The notes below the pieces were generated by a model, which searched no databases, was not told the DNA's origin, and saw nothing but the letters and a program-made list of their open reading frames with translations. Both the position numbers and the translations under genes were made by a program. DNA of 64,000 bases from Octopus vulgaris (Eukaryota), in contig OX597821.1 of the NCBI GenBank assembly GCA_951406725.2, positions 46,996,001-47,060,000 of the forward strand, in the 5' to 3' direction. This document shows positions 1 through 14,260 of this stretch, piece by piece. Numbering within the stretch: position 1 is the first letter of the stretch; each line of letters begins with the position of its first letter.

Positions 1-271
1 ATTAATAAACCAAATAGCATCACCACCGTAAAGTACGATTTCCATTTAAATAAACTAAACGTTTACCAAAGATAACTCTTTTGCAAAATTAGATACTAAG
101 TCAGTCACAATCAAATTTAACAATGATAAGAACACCACGGATTATGCCGAATGAACAACAAATGAATTTAAGCTCCGATACCGCCGAGTTTATTACACTC
201 TCGTAGGTTTACAGACGCGATTCAACAGTAACTTCGCAACGAACGTTTGTTACTTCTAAAACAGTAACATA

Positions 272-669
272 TCTTTATATATAAAAGTCAAGTTGTTTGT
301 CCGTCTCCTACGATTTAGATTCCTAACTACTCCCACATTTTGCGGTGCAGTTTAACCAAAACCGGGTATCTTATAGTCGTGATTCATATCGAGCCCTTCT
401 GGGTATTAGCGCGCGTCTACGATGAGTCTACAATTTAAAAAAAAATTTACCATCATTTTTTTCCATTTTAATGCATTTTTTTCGCTATTATATAAGGGAA
501 GTAACTCTCTAAAAATGTCTACGATGAGTCAACGATTTAAAAAAAATTTACCATAATTTTTTTTCCATTTTGAATGCATTAATTTGCTATTTTTTGGCTA
601 TAACTCTCTAAAAATGCTTAAATAGTTATTTCCCTTACAAACCCGAGCAACGCCGGGCGATACTGCTAG
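272..669 (+). mobile_element. Non-autonomous Helitron (~400 bp)
   Basis: Starts A|TCTTTATATATAAAAG and ends CTAG|T (insertion between A and T, no TSD). Subterminal GC hairpin CCCGAGCAACGCCGGG at 642-657. Internal duplicated block (GTCTACGATGAGTC...AAAAATTTACCAT...) at ~415 and ~517. Confidence 0.85.
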
Positions 670-1239
670 TTACATATAAAATTATGAAGCGGCTGCTAGG
701 GTCAGTTAGATCTTTAATCTATACCTAACCGAGAAGAATCAAAATTAAAACAAACAGTGAAGAAATAAATCGTGTGCATATCAATTAGCTTACATATGCG
801 TTATTAGTTGCTTGGACAAATATATGTCACCAAATGAATCATGAAATGACTCGATAATTGTTCGAAATAAAATGGCATTGAATTAATGAGATTCACCTTC
901 GTTGGAATAGAATTCTCTTAATTCATTCTTAATTAATACTCATAAGAAAATATTTAAAAATTAGTTCTTGCTGCAACAGTTAAACCGATATATTTAATAA
1001 ATTTATCCATTATTCATGAAAAACGATTTAAACGCATGCGTATAGACTCAACGAACCCTCTCCATCTCCATTGCATCAAGCAATGGCAATTAGCATTTAC
1101 AACGAGGTATAACTACAGAATAGATAACGTTTATATTGATAATAAATTAAATATAAAAATATAAAGGTAGAATTACGAAGACTTTCTTTACATTATTTGC
1201 TGATACACACATACACATGCAAGCACGCATATTTATATT

Positions 1240-1975
<736 letters not shown>

Positions 1976-2839
1976 TCATGTACAAAAAGCAAAACATACA
2001 GAAGCACACACATGCCAAAATATCAAAATATCACTCTACAAGCACACATATACACAGACATGCACACAAACACACACATATCTGTGTATGTATGTGTGCA
2101 AGTAGATACGCAGGCATACATACACACATTACACATCTTTTCCCCCTTTCTATCTCTCAGATTATTTCTCCTGCTAGCATAAATCTCCTGTCGACAAATC
2201 CTCAGAGTTTGTCTAATTGCTTGCCAATCTAACATAATAGGTTGCCGCCAGGAAAGAATGAAATTAGATAAATAAAATAAACAAATACAAAAATGTATTG
2301 AATAAATAGTATAAATGTAAATAAATATATATATATGACTGCAAAAGAACTGTATAAAAGGAAAAATAAATCGAAAAGAACAAAAACAGAGAAATATTGA
2401 TAATTGTGAGAGTTCTTAGCAGTGTCGTATAAGAACTTCCCTCTCTTTAACCCCACCCCACTACACTTCAAAAAAAAAGGGAGGGAGGGAAAGAGAAATC
2501 AACTAGGAGAAAAGTGGCTTTATGTGATGCGATGAACATGAAAAAACAACAAAGTTTTAGTGACTCCCTTGACACCATCTTTCAATCCCTTGCAGCAATA
2601 ATGAGTTCATTTCCAGCAGAGTTGCTGCTCCACTCTATCATCTATGGCTCATACAAAAAAAATGCAAATTGCGCTAACTATATTGTTGTTATCAGTGTTG
2701 TGGTTGGTGTTGGTGTTGGTTAGCCCTAGGTCGCTCGTAACTGAACAAATAAGGACAAAGGCATTCAAGCCTCTTTCCATATGAATAAGTTTACCTTGGA
2801 CAATATCGTACAGGTTATCCATACAGTAGTTGTTTTAGG

Positions 2840-3330
2840 TGTGGTTTTAGGGAGATTTTTCTGCTATTTTAGCAAAATGTGAGACCATATACAGTCTTCT
2901 TAAAAAGAATTGTATGTGATCAGTTAACAAATCAACAATTCTTTCGTTTTCAACTTTAACAGATGTGGCCAGTCATGAAGGACTTTGATGTCCTGACTAG
3001 ACAATCATTGTTCAGATATACTGTGTTGACATCTACACCAGTCAATGTATGCGTTATTCCAAAAGTCTGATGATTTGGCTACTATTTCTAGCTGGTCATT
3101 TAAGTATCTACAGGTTCCTCTCAGATATAGTGAGTGTTTTTGGAAGATGCTCAGACATGATTAGAGAAATATGTCACTGCTTTACCAAGAAGTCATGTAA
3201 CTATCTAAAGATATAAAGGATCTAATACCGTTCAGTATGCCCGTTTGTTATAAGATGTTAAATAAAATAGGATTTAAGGGAGATGTCACTGCTCTTTCTA
3301 GGGAATTGAACGATGACGTTAATCCCTTCT
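2840..3330 (+). repeat. Four decayed copies of a short interspersed repeat segment
   Basis: A GGGAGAT..(G/C)CTGCT(A/C)TTTCTAG-like motif recurs at ~2850, ~3075, ~3165 and ~3280. Confidence 0.4.
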
Positions 3331-3762
3331 TCATACAGTATATTTAGGGTTACATTCTCCAATGTGCACTTTCTAAGAATTTCTTTTGAATGCTTTTAGA
3401 CTATTTCAAAACAGTCCATTTTAATTGTTTTCCTGCCGTTATTCTTTCTTCCATGGCCTGTCTACATTTTGGCTATCTAAAACATTTTCACTGTTTTGTC
3501 TCCATCTATGTCTTTCGCACACACCTATATTTCCCATTCAACTCTCGTTCCCAACAGATGTCGCTGTACAATGTGCAAATGAGGGTGTGTTTTTGTTTCA
3601 GGGTATGCTACATGTGTGTGCATATCTACTACACATAAGCATATACAAATAGAAATGTACTTCAAGGGGACACCAAAGGGACACACGGAAAAAACAGCTA
3701 AAAAAATTTTTTTTTTTAAATAGGCATGAAGAACGTGAACGTCTTCAATACTTTATCAATTA

Positions 3763-4511
3763 CACTGGACAACAATTTAAAAAAAAGTTCTGTTGTATGA
3801 GATGTTTTTACTGATTCTAACTGTCGTTTTTGTACTGATTTCAAACCTGTAATCGGTTTTGTTCACCATGCTCTAATTTTCTTGCAATTTGAAGATTAAA
3901 TTTTGATACATTTATACTTAAATTTGACATATTGAGATACATATATCCTACTTACAAAGAATTGATAATTGTGTTTGCTCTGATAATGGCTTCTTCAAGT
4001 AGACGTAAATGTGTGAATAATCCTGATGCTATGTCTATGGCTCCATCACACTTATTTGTCAAAGGCGCAATATTACATTGTTTGGAATTCTCCAAGGCGA
4101 CTAAGACAAAAAAAAATGGGCTCTTCATGCTGTGTATTTTAACTGGGATGAAATGCTTTGTGACTGTACAAAAGGAAACTAAAAGAGCCTGTCGTTTGTA
4201 ATTCCTATAGGGACCAAACGAGTGACTGTTATTTTTGTATAGTCAACACAAAAGGCATCAGCAAGAAAAATAGGAGTAAAATATCTTATCTCTATATTCC
4301 TTCTCAACAATTAGACCCATCTATTTTGCACCCTGAGACACTCTCGATTCCAGTATTCTTTGCGTTTACCTCTTCTGGAGAAGCAGCTAATGAACAAGTG
4401 TACGAGAGTCATAACGAAGAGCAGGAAATTACTTCAGAACTCCAAGATCCTTCTTATAGTACCAAAAAATCAACACCTCAGCAGTTTAGCCAAACGGAAA
4501 TGAATGTTTGA
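3763..4511 (+). mobile_element. Chapaev3-like DNA transposon, 5' fragment (pseudogenised transposase N-terminus)
   Basis: TTA|CACTGGAC terminus and subterminal TACTGATTTCAAA as in the 18048 element. Translated pieces MASSSRRKCVNNPDA, DCYFCIVNTKGI, SIPVF and PQQFSQTEMN match the N-terminal half of the 18.4-20.1 kb transposase. Confidence 0.7.
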
Positions 4512-7500
4512 AAAATACCGTTGACACGTGTTATCAGCTTTAATCCTCTAATTAGGCTCGTTTTCTTCTGTTTCCTTTTTTTTTTTTTTGGTTTGTTTCT
4601 TTTTATCCCTGCTTCTCAAGAGCGATATCGAGGCAGTTTGTCACGGAGTCGAGTGCTTCAACAATTAGTGGTAGAAGTCTGTTATACAGATGGAATATAT
4701 ACAATAGCAGTCTAATCATTCTTCAATTCTCTCTGAATTATGAGAATTGCAAAAGTCATAGCCCTTTTTGTGCTTCATAACCTGTCATAACCGATGGCTT
4801 ATGGCTTTTCTTGTCCCCAATAGATACATTCTATATTCTATCTGGAATTTGGCGGGTTTTTTTTTACTTACTCTGCATGCTATATTTTACATTATTAATA
4901 TTCACAGCTCTAGAAAATAATTAGAAACAAACAAAGCAAAAATATTCATCACAGAGGAACTAGTCAAGGAATAAGTAACTATCTCCCCGGTGTCATTCAG
5001 AGTAACAGCAACCAAATACGGGCCTATATTGATGTTCCAATACACGTCATTACATTTGTTAGATACTTCACGACGACGAAAAGCAGCTCTTATTTAACGA
5101 TAGCTTACAAAAGGTAGAAAAGGTGTTTCCAAACTATTCTTCTAAAATATTTACCTGCGTGTATATTCTACTGTCGTCACTGCCACGGCAGAATGCGGGG
5201 ATACCTACTCTTCGCTTCTCTCAGTTTTCTATTTCCTCTTCTTTTCTACCTCTCACAGAACCACAGAATCAGATTACCAATCAATGCCACCTCTCATTCA
5301 CCAATTGTCAATTGGTCATACAAATTTCACTAGTACACTTCTATTCTAATCTTCAATGCCAACACTTTTAACTTAGTTCATGTGTCTAACTTGTAGCCAG
5401 CATGATAGAACACATAACTATCGCACTAGCTAATTACTGGATTTGATTAATTCCTGCTATTGTCTCTTATTTAGGGTTTTAAACATAAAACTTCTTCGCT
5501 GTTGTTAACAAGTCAATTTCACCTGAGTTTGTAAGAACCACCATTGTCTGTAGTAGTCGTAATTTGATTTGTGTCTCGATAACGTCCTCCCGGAGAAAAT
5601 CACCGTCTAAGCACAACTTCAAATTTATTAGAACAATCAATTGTGATTAATGGTTTGTTAAGAGTTCTTCTACCAACCATTGTAACCGTGTTGCTGTTTA
5701 TCACTTAAGACTTCTTAAATTCTTTTTATTTTTTTTTCATAGCCACTAGAAAGTCTGTGTTTGAACATACTCACCGTTCATCTGGCTGAAATGCAAAGAA
5801 ATATGTTTGTAATTTTCCCAAGAGAAATACCAAAGATAATAAATGAAATCAGGAAATATACTTTCTATCTAAATTGACACAAAGCAGCAAGGGTGTATAT
5901 ATACAATCGGTGGTGCTATTGGGAACAGGAAACATAAACAAAAGATGTGGTGTATAGTGGTATCTTTTGGAAGGAAATAGAAACAAACGTATTAGTTGCA
6001 GCAATCCTCACAGAGGTAAAAATATACATCTTTGATTCAATTCAGTTATTTGCAATTTCTTAGAATTTTCTAAAATACTAAACTTCTCTTGTAATTTGCT
6101 TTGTCCCTGAAGCTTCGTCAGTGTTCGCAGAGCAACTGATTCTGATTCCATAAAACTAGAGGGATTTCTATATCTTTCGATTATTTACGCTGAAATCATT
6201 CGATCAAATAAATTTCCTCATATTGAATCAACGTTTAAGTGACTGAGTATTCCATAACCCTAAAATAAGCGTAGCATAGCGTGAGACAGAAATGTACCTT
6301 AGAATTACAGTTATAATCTACCTGGCCAATTGGTTTCCATACAATTTCTGTCTGCTAAATGCACTCATAGGATATGGGCTGACTCGAATTTATAGATAAT
6401 ATTTTGCGGAATGAACTTCTTAACCAATCAACAAAGCAACTAAGGAGACATAATTATGCATAATTAAGTGTTAATTTCAAAGGTGTTTACAGAAAATTTG
6501 ATTCGGTAAGTTATCATGCGTAGAGATTTTAAGCAATTCATCAAAGTTATATTTGTTGAGTGACAAACGTTTTGTACTACAGCTGAACTTATCAACAGTG
6601 TTGAATGATAAATCTTTAGTGTTGCTGCTCACCTACTCAGCAGTGTATAGGATGCCATCCGAAGGAGAGATCGTTGGTGGTGGATTATTAACCATATGAG
6701 CTGTATTTGGTTATCACTGTTATACTCTATGATTCAGTCTATCTTTTTGTCAATTAGTTGCTTGTGAAAGTACAGCTCACCGTTCTGAGTCGCAAAAGCA
6801 TTGTATAACTAAAGAGTGGTTCTTTAAGTTAATGACTAAATGAGTTGAAGCTGGAGTTTTCAGCGGAACTTACTCTAGTAAAGCTGTCTCGAGAGACGAT
6901 CAGTTTGAAAGTGTTATCATTGATTGGTCTTCTCATCACACACTGACGCGTAAGATGAACAGCAGAAGAATGAAGAGTATATGTAAAAGACATTACTGTT
7001 TTCCATTGAAGAAATCAAAGCAGAATTTAAAATAAAAAGCGAATTGTATAGTTGTTGTTGTTCAGAAGAAATATAAAACTCCAAATATTATAGTAGCTGT
7101 CCAGTCCATTGATTTTTAACAGGCACGGTAAAGTTGTGTCAGTGATGAGGTTACAGATGTGTGACGAATAGTAATAGTTTTAGTGCGTTCATTAATGGTA
7201 ATATGTCTCTTCCATAATATAGTTGTTTCTTAATTACTGTACAATTTCTTACGTAATGCAATTAAGTGCATGGTGCCTGATCCCATCTGCTTTGTAACAA
7301 GTGGATATTAAAAAGCAGTAGTATTACACATTGTATGATACATTGAATTGAAATGCGGAATAATGTGATTTTTAAATCTGAAGTTTAAATTTGTTTTTAA
7401 TTGCATTTTTTAAAATTAGTCACTTATTACAATATCAGTGAGCTAACAATAGCAGACATCTGTGCTAAGGTATGTGACTTAATGACGTATTAAATAGTCT

Positions 7501-8091
7501 CTCTTCACCTAGAGAACAGCTTAAATAGAAAACGATAAGATGAGGATTTAACACTTCACATCGATAACGATTAGTGACCGGTTCTGAGCTCTTGTGAGGA
7601 ATGTATCATCATTGAAGCATGTCATGCAGCATTTATTTGTGTGAGTGTGGCTTACGTTTTACTATGCGAGCTACGGATATGCGCATGTGTCTGTGTGTGT
7701 ATGGATGGGGTGCTCGTTTATGCGTGCACGTTTGCGGATATCTGAGAGTGACTTCATATTTAACCTGTATGACAGAGTTACGGTATGCATGTGCTGTTGA
7801 GGTTACTTGCGTTCGTGTTTATACAACGTCTATTTGCTAAGTGTATAGGTGTACTGCGTGCATAGCGGCCTAAAAGGTTATGTTTTAGTAGAAGCACTCG
7901 CACCAGTATGAGAATTTGCAAAACTATGCAAGAAAAAACAATTAAGTGCATGATTGTACAAAGATTATGTTTTGCTGTGTGTGTATCTATATTTGTTATT
8001 CTGTGTATAAATGGAAATATATATTTATGAATAAATATAAAATAAACATTTACGAATAAATGCTAATGCATACATATAGACAGAGTGAAAC

Positions 8092-8130
<39 letters not shown>

Positions 8131-8402
8131 GAGAGAAAGAAAAAGGGAGAGAGTTCATATACAGGCAACAGGTGTTTTACGGCTACCTCAGGTTACGGAT
8201 TTCGTGCTTCTGGAAATCACTTTACGTAGTTTTAAATTGTTAACAATTTGCGTTTTAGTTAAGACCAAACTATACAGTTAAAGATTTGAAAAACCATCAT
8301 GTTACAATCATACATGAAAACACATACACATTTGTATATATAATGTACGTAATGTGAGTAGATGCATGTATTTGAATGTGTGTGTGTGTGTGTGTGTGTG
8401 TA

Positions 8403-8450
<48 letters not shown>

Positions 8451-8462
8451 TGTATGTGTGAT

Positions 8463-9111
8463 TGTTAAACATGACAGAAAACATTAAGGCAAGACAAACA
8501 TATAAAGTTGTTTATAATATTATTATTTGAAGAAATTATATTTAAAAAATTCAAATTCGTATAGCTGCTTCTGGGATATCCTTGAGTATGGGATATTTCG
8601 TCATCAGAGACAAATAGGGGAAAAATAAGGAAAATTAGAAAGGTATATATTAAGAGGACGAGATAGAGGAAGAGAGTAAAAGAATAAGGAGCAGGAAAAA
8701 AGAAGAAAAAGAAGCATAAAATTTCATAGTTCAACTTTCGAAGTTTGAGAAACCAGAGCATGAATCCTTAGGTGCAATTCTGCGTAGAACCGTGAGCGTA
8801 AGTCCTTAGGTACAATCCTGCTCTGGTTTCCATAACTTCGGAAATTGAACTATAAACTTTTATGCTGCTTCTTTTTCTTCTTTCCTTCCATCTCCTTATT
8901 CTTTTGCTCCTTTCCTCTATGTCGTCATCTTATTGATATATACCATTTTCATTTTCCCTTTGTTCTCCCTATTTGTCTCTCATGACGGAATATATCCTAT
9001 ACTCGGAGATATCTCAGAAACAGCTGTAAGAATTTGAATTTCTTCCTATAACAATATTGCATACAACTTGAGATGTTTGCCTTGCCTTAATGTTTGCTGT
9101 CTTGTTTAACA
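8463..9111. repeat. ~300-bp diverged inverted repeat: two head-to-head copies of a Penelope-like terminal repeat, each with a hammerhead motif
   Basis: 8463-8760 aligns to the reverse complement of 8819-9111 (TGTTAAAC/GTTTAACA, ACATTAAGGCAAG/CTTGCCTTAATGT, AAACCAGAGCA/TGCTCTGGTTT). HHR-like motifs at 8557-8610 (-) and 8976-9031 (+). Confidence 0.8.
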
Positions 9112-9119
9112 GTTATATA

Positions 9120-9256
9120 TTCGCTGCATCAAAAATCTGCTATGGCACCATAACAACCGTCTCGGTTATAGCCTTGGAGCCCCAGCGATCCGTTACAGCA
9201 CTTACCTAGTGTACCTAATCGTTTAGATCACTTATGAACTAAACCCCTGTACGTTG
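9120..9256 (+). mobile_element. Fragment homologous to the 3' terminal region of the Naiad-type element (45990-46040)
   Basis: AGCACTTACCTAGTGTACCTAATCGTTTAGATCACTTATGAACTAAACCCCT vs AGCACTTACTCAGCATACCTATTCTTTTGGATCACAAGTGAACTAAACTCCT; ends at a (TA)n run. Confidence 0.55.
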
Positions 9257-9491
9257 TATATATATATATATATATATATAGATAGATTCAAATGAATATG
9301 GTACTTAAGTCAGAGGCACCATAAATGAAAATAAGTATATGTATTGTCAGTTTGAGGGAAGACTTCTATAAATGGCTGAATATTGCTCAACATTTTAAAA
9401 CTGATGTAATACTTACAATGTTTAATAAAATGAAGTAGTAGCATCAAACGATCGTACCAAATTACCGAAGATATACTTGTTGCTTATTTTG

Positions 9492-9559
<68 letters not shown>

Positions 9560-9670
9560 CATACATATATATATATATATTAATTTATAAAAATAGGGTA
9601 AAGTAAAATAATTTACTTTACCTGACAATATAACTCTTTTTTATTGACAATATATATATATATATATATA

Positions 9671-9712
<42 letters not shown>

Positions 9713-12147
9713 TGTCTGTTAGTGTGTGTGAGTGTGTGTGTCTATGTATGTATATACATATTTACAAAATACACATAAATTTAAATAAAATTTTTGACGG
9801 AACGTGAGGAGAAAATGCAATTATTACTGAGCGTCTCTGTTGCTGTTGTTTTTCTCATAGTTTTCTTGTTGCCATCGTTAATAAACATAGAAAGTAATCT
9901 CGTTGTGAAGTGTAAATGATGTTACACTATAGCTTTTTATCTTCTCGTTGGTAGAAAATAGACCTGGTTAGTTTTAGTCGCATTAGACTTTCTCCCAGAT
10001 TGCTAGCGTATGGTCTATTATGCCAATTACAGAGATCATATTCACTTTGAATTTTTCCTCAAACTTTCGCTACCAAAATGCGTTTCACAAAGCAGCACCA
10101 GGAATCGCTGCGCTCGATTAGATTCGGTAGGACCTGAATCTCATGTTGTACATCTACGCCGCTAGCATCGATACACTTAAGTGTCCTTTGTCCTGTATAA
10201 CGTTGTAGAAATGTTTAAAATATAACTTGCGATATGATTTGTTGAGCTGCTCGATAGCAGTGCTAACTCTACCCAACATTGAGCAAAATTAGTAGAGACG
10301 TGTGGATGTGTCTATAAATTTCTTTGATCGTATGTTTATGTCATGTTTATAACATGTTCTGAGCCTTCAGAATAAGCCTGGTATGTGTACAATCAGGATA
10401 ATCTTGAAATTTCTTCTTCATACACGAGATTTCATCACCATAGAAACCTAAACTACACATGCTCAGAAGAAGGCAAGCATTAATAATTTCGAAATAGTTG
10501 ATCACTAGATGTTGTTGCAGGTATTCTAAGCTTTCTCTAACGTGCCAGAAAGTCAAGAGACTTGAAGTCAATGACCTTCTGGAGTTGAGTGCCAAATTGG
10601 CAGGTGGTTTTCATTCAGACAGAAGGTCATGCAGCTTGTCTTCTTGGCATTAAAAAAAACTCTTTAAATAGCTTGTGGATAGAAGATATGTGTTCGTCTT
10701 TTGATGAAGATCTAATAATACTAGAAACCAATCAGACTAATGCAGACTAATGTCATTTTCCTAGTCACGGAGAAAAACATTTCTGGAGTAATCTACTTGG
10801 TTTACTTACTTTACAAAAAAAGAAGTTTATTTGACTTACTATTTTAAACGAGATGAAAATCATGTTTATTATATTTTATATTATAGCATTTTGCATACAT
10901 AAATAATGGATATACACATAAATACATACACACACACACATATATATATATATATATTCATATATATGTACATACATGCATACATGCATATATAAGCATT
11001 AATTCATACATACATGCATCCATTTGTACATAAATACATACATGTATACATTCATGCATTCATACTTATATACATATATACACGCAAGCATACTTCATAT
11101 ATATATACACATAATTACATACATGCATTCATATATAAATACATTTTAGAAATCAGTGTGAGCAGTGTGTGCGTGTGTGTGTGTGTGTGTGCGCGCGCGT
11201 CTGTGCGTGCGTGCGTGTGTGTATGCATTTGCATGTGCCTATGTGTGTGTGTGCGTGTTCGAACATATCTGACTAGGTTCTAAACAAGACCATCTTCGTC
11301 ATCGTAAATACCAACAACTACCATTACATGCAACGGCTTCAGCACCATCACCATCCCTACCACCGCCATCTTTATTCCATTATTATCGCCATAGTGTGTA
11401 TACATATATACATACATACATACATACATACATACATAAGTGCATACATGCATGCATACATGCATGCATACATGCATACATACATGTATACATACTAACA
11501 TACATACATACATACATACATACATACATACATACACACACACATGTATATATATAGAAGGAAAAGAATCTGAAAATGCAGGAGTCTTTTTAAAATATTT
11601 ATTAACTCAACCAGTTTCACCTATTTAAAACGATTTTCAAAAGTAAAGTGTGAGGTTTTGTCTATCCTCTCTGGTGTCCTAAATTAGTTTACAAAAATGT
11701 ATGCAAATCAAGTAATAGAGTCTTTGACAAGGATAAGAAAAGGTTTAAGACTTTGTGTATCCTTTGTGATAAGTTAGAAAGTAGTTTACATAAAAACATT
11801 CATATCAGGAAATAAAAATGTTTATATTAAGAATATGAAAATTAGTTTACATGAATATATCCCGATCATAACAGAGTCTTTTACAAGAAGATAAAATATG
11901 TAACAGACCATTGTCGGATCTGGCTTCTAAGGGTCTTGCATCTAGCTGGAGTTTGGCAGTTATGAACAAAGTTGCAATCTTTCTGTATAAAATGTTCCTT
12001 TTTATACCGAACAGAGGGTAGTCACCAAACAGAGGAATAAGAACGTCCACTGATGCTCTGTGTGGGCCGCCGCCCCATCCAGCTGAAACTACACACATCG
12101 AATAGATATACATTTTCGTCGTAATTCAGGCACAAAGAAGTTGTTTA

Positions 12148-12805
12148 TCATCTCGATGTAACGCTCGGAGTCCACAGTAACAGATTTCCATTACTGTCTT
12201 CAAAAAAGTCAGGACCAAGGACAGCAGCTTTTCCAACAGCACACCAGACCATTACTTTTGGGCTGTGCAGTGGTCTTTCGTGCAGTTCTGTCCGATTTTC
12301 AAGAGCCCAATAACGACAGTTCTGTTGATTCAACATACCATTGAGGTGAAAATGAGCTTCATCCCTCATTAACAAAATGCAGTTGTCATTTGACTAAAAA
12401 ATTGCTTCCATCTGACGTGCAAAGTTAAGCCGCTGTGCATAGTCCCATGGCTTCAACTGTTGCCAAATGACCAATTTCCAGGGTCAGTATTGTTTAAGGT
12501 GCTTCTGCCGGTCTACTATTCATTAGTGTACCTCGTGTACGAAATGCATTCACCTAACCTAAGATTGTGCTATGCGTGGGAACAGCCTGATTCCGATGAA
12601 TGTTGAAGTGGCATCGAAACTCACGCTGAACTGCTAGTACAGACTCATTATTCTTCACGTATTTGTCGTAGGCAAATACGAGATGCTCTTTCGGCCACAG
12701 CGCCATGGCTTCACCTGAAAAGAAAAGAAAATGGTACCTATCAGACATATCCTTCCCCTTGGAGTTGAGTATTTCAAAAACGACCGTCCTCTCTCCTCCA
12801 CCCAG
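12148..12805 (-). mobile_element. Tc1/mariner superfamily (maT/DD37D-like) transposon remnant
   Basis: TA|CTGGGTG terminus. N-terminal HTH-like peptide MALWPKEH..YVKNNESVLAVQREFRCHFNIHRNQAVP and catalytic segment DEAHFHLNGMLNQQNCRYW...PLHSPKVMVWCAV...GPDFFE. Frameshifted and 3'-truncated. Confidence 0.85.
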
Positions 12806-12964
12806 TATGTAATTTTTTTCTTTACCCAAATAAATGAGAAATCAGCTAACAAACGAATGAGAAGTCAGCTAACAATATTCGATCTCCTAAAATTCCCTAA
12901 TCCCGAAAAATTAAAATACAAGCTACTTCTATTATTTTTTGTGGTGCATTGTTAAAAATTTATA

Positions 12965-13017
<53 letters not shown>

Positions 13018-13023
13018 TCACAT

Positions 13024-13099
<76 letters not shown>

Positions 13100-13697
13100 A
13101 TATAAGCAGATAAGAATCGGTCAACTCTGTGTAAGATCATTACACGATGCTTTGATTTTCTAATTCATATGAATATCGATCTGTATTTTCTTTAGAGTTT
13201 AATCGCCTACATCGGCGGCTGGTGTTTTTCCCTAGTAGTATCAGACTTTAAATTCCGCTTGACCAGTCAAGGTCAAAGGTCATGCATAAAGTTATTTATT
13301 GTTGTTAAGTCTTAACAATAACAGTTGTCCTGCTCAGTCTTTCTCATTTCTTTGGTGTGTGCATCAATGGAAGTGCTTGAGTTCTTGCCTATGTGTGCAT
13401 GTATGCGTCTGTGTTGTGTTCCTCTGCTTATGCGTACGAGTGCGCGTGCGTGTATAAATGCTTGCTGTAGTCATTATACGGTTGATCACGTTGATTTGCT
13501 GTATAAAATGGGAGGCGACAGCTGTTACTGTTTCTGCATATGACAGTGTGTACATGTGTGTAGGCATGTGTGTAGGCATGTGTGTCAGTGAGTGTACTCA
13601 TGTCTATGTGTATTTGTGTAATGTGAGAGTGTGTAAGCCTGATATATTTACAGCCCGACCGCACTTTTTGCCTGAAGTAAATGTTTCGACTACAGAG

Positions 13698-14059
13698 GTA
13701 TGTATGTATCTATGTATGTATGCATGTATGTATGTATGTATGTATGTATGTATGTATGTATGTATGTATGTATGTATGTATGTATGTATGTATGTATGTA
13801 TGTATGTATGTATGTATGTTTGTATGTATGTATGTATGTATGTATGTATGTATGTATGTATGTATGTATGTATGTGTGTATGTATGTATGTATGTATGTA
13901 TGTAAGCATGCATGTATGTATGTATGTATGTATGTATGTATGTATGTATGCATGTATGTATGCATGTATGTATGTATGCATGCATGTATGTATGTATGCA
14001 TGTATGTGTGTATGTATGTGTGTACGTATGTATGTATGTATGTATGTATGTATCTATCG

Positions 14060-14111
<52 letters not shown>

Positions 14112-14199
14112 GTCTATCTAGAGATAGAGATAGATAGATAGATAGATAGATAGATGTATATATATCCATACATATATGTGAGCATATACATTTATGTAC

Positions 14200-14233
<34 letters not shown>

Positions 14234-14260
14234 ATTTATATATGTATATATAGATGTATG
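13698..14260. repeat. (TATG)n/(TATC)n/(GATA)n microsatellite block
   Basis: Directly visible. Confidence 0.97.

Noticed and set aside
6480-7260. Possible very old mariner on the minus strand (PPTISPSD resembling SPDLAPSD)
   Set aside because: A single weak motif with no TIRs found.
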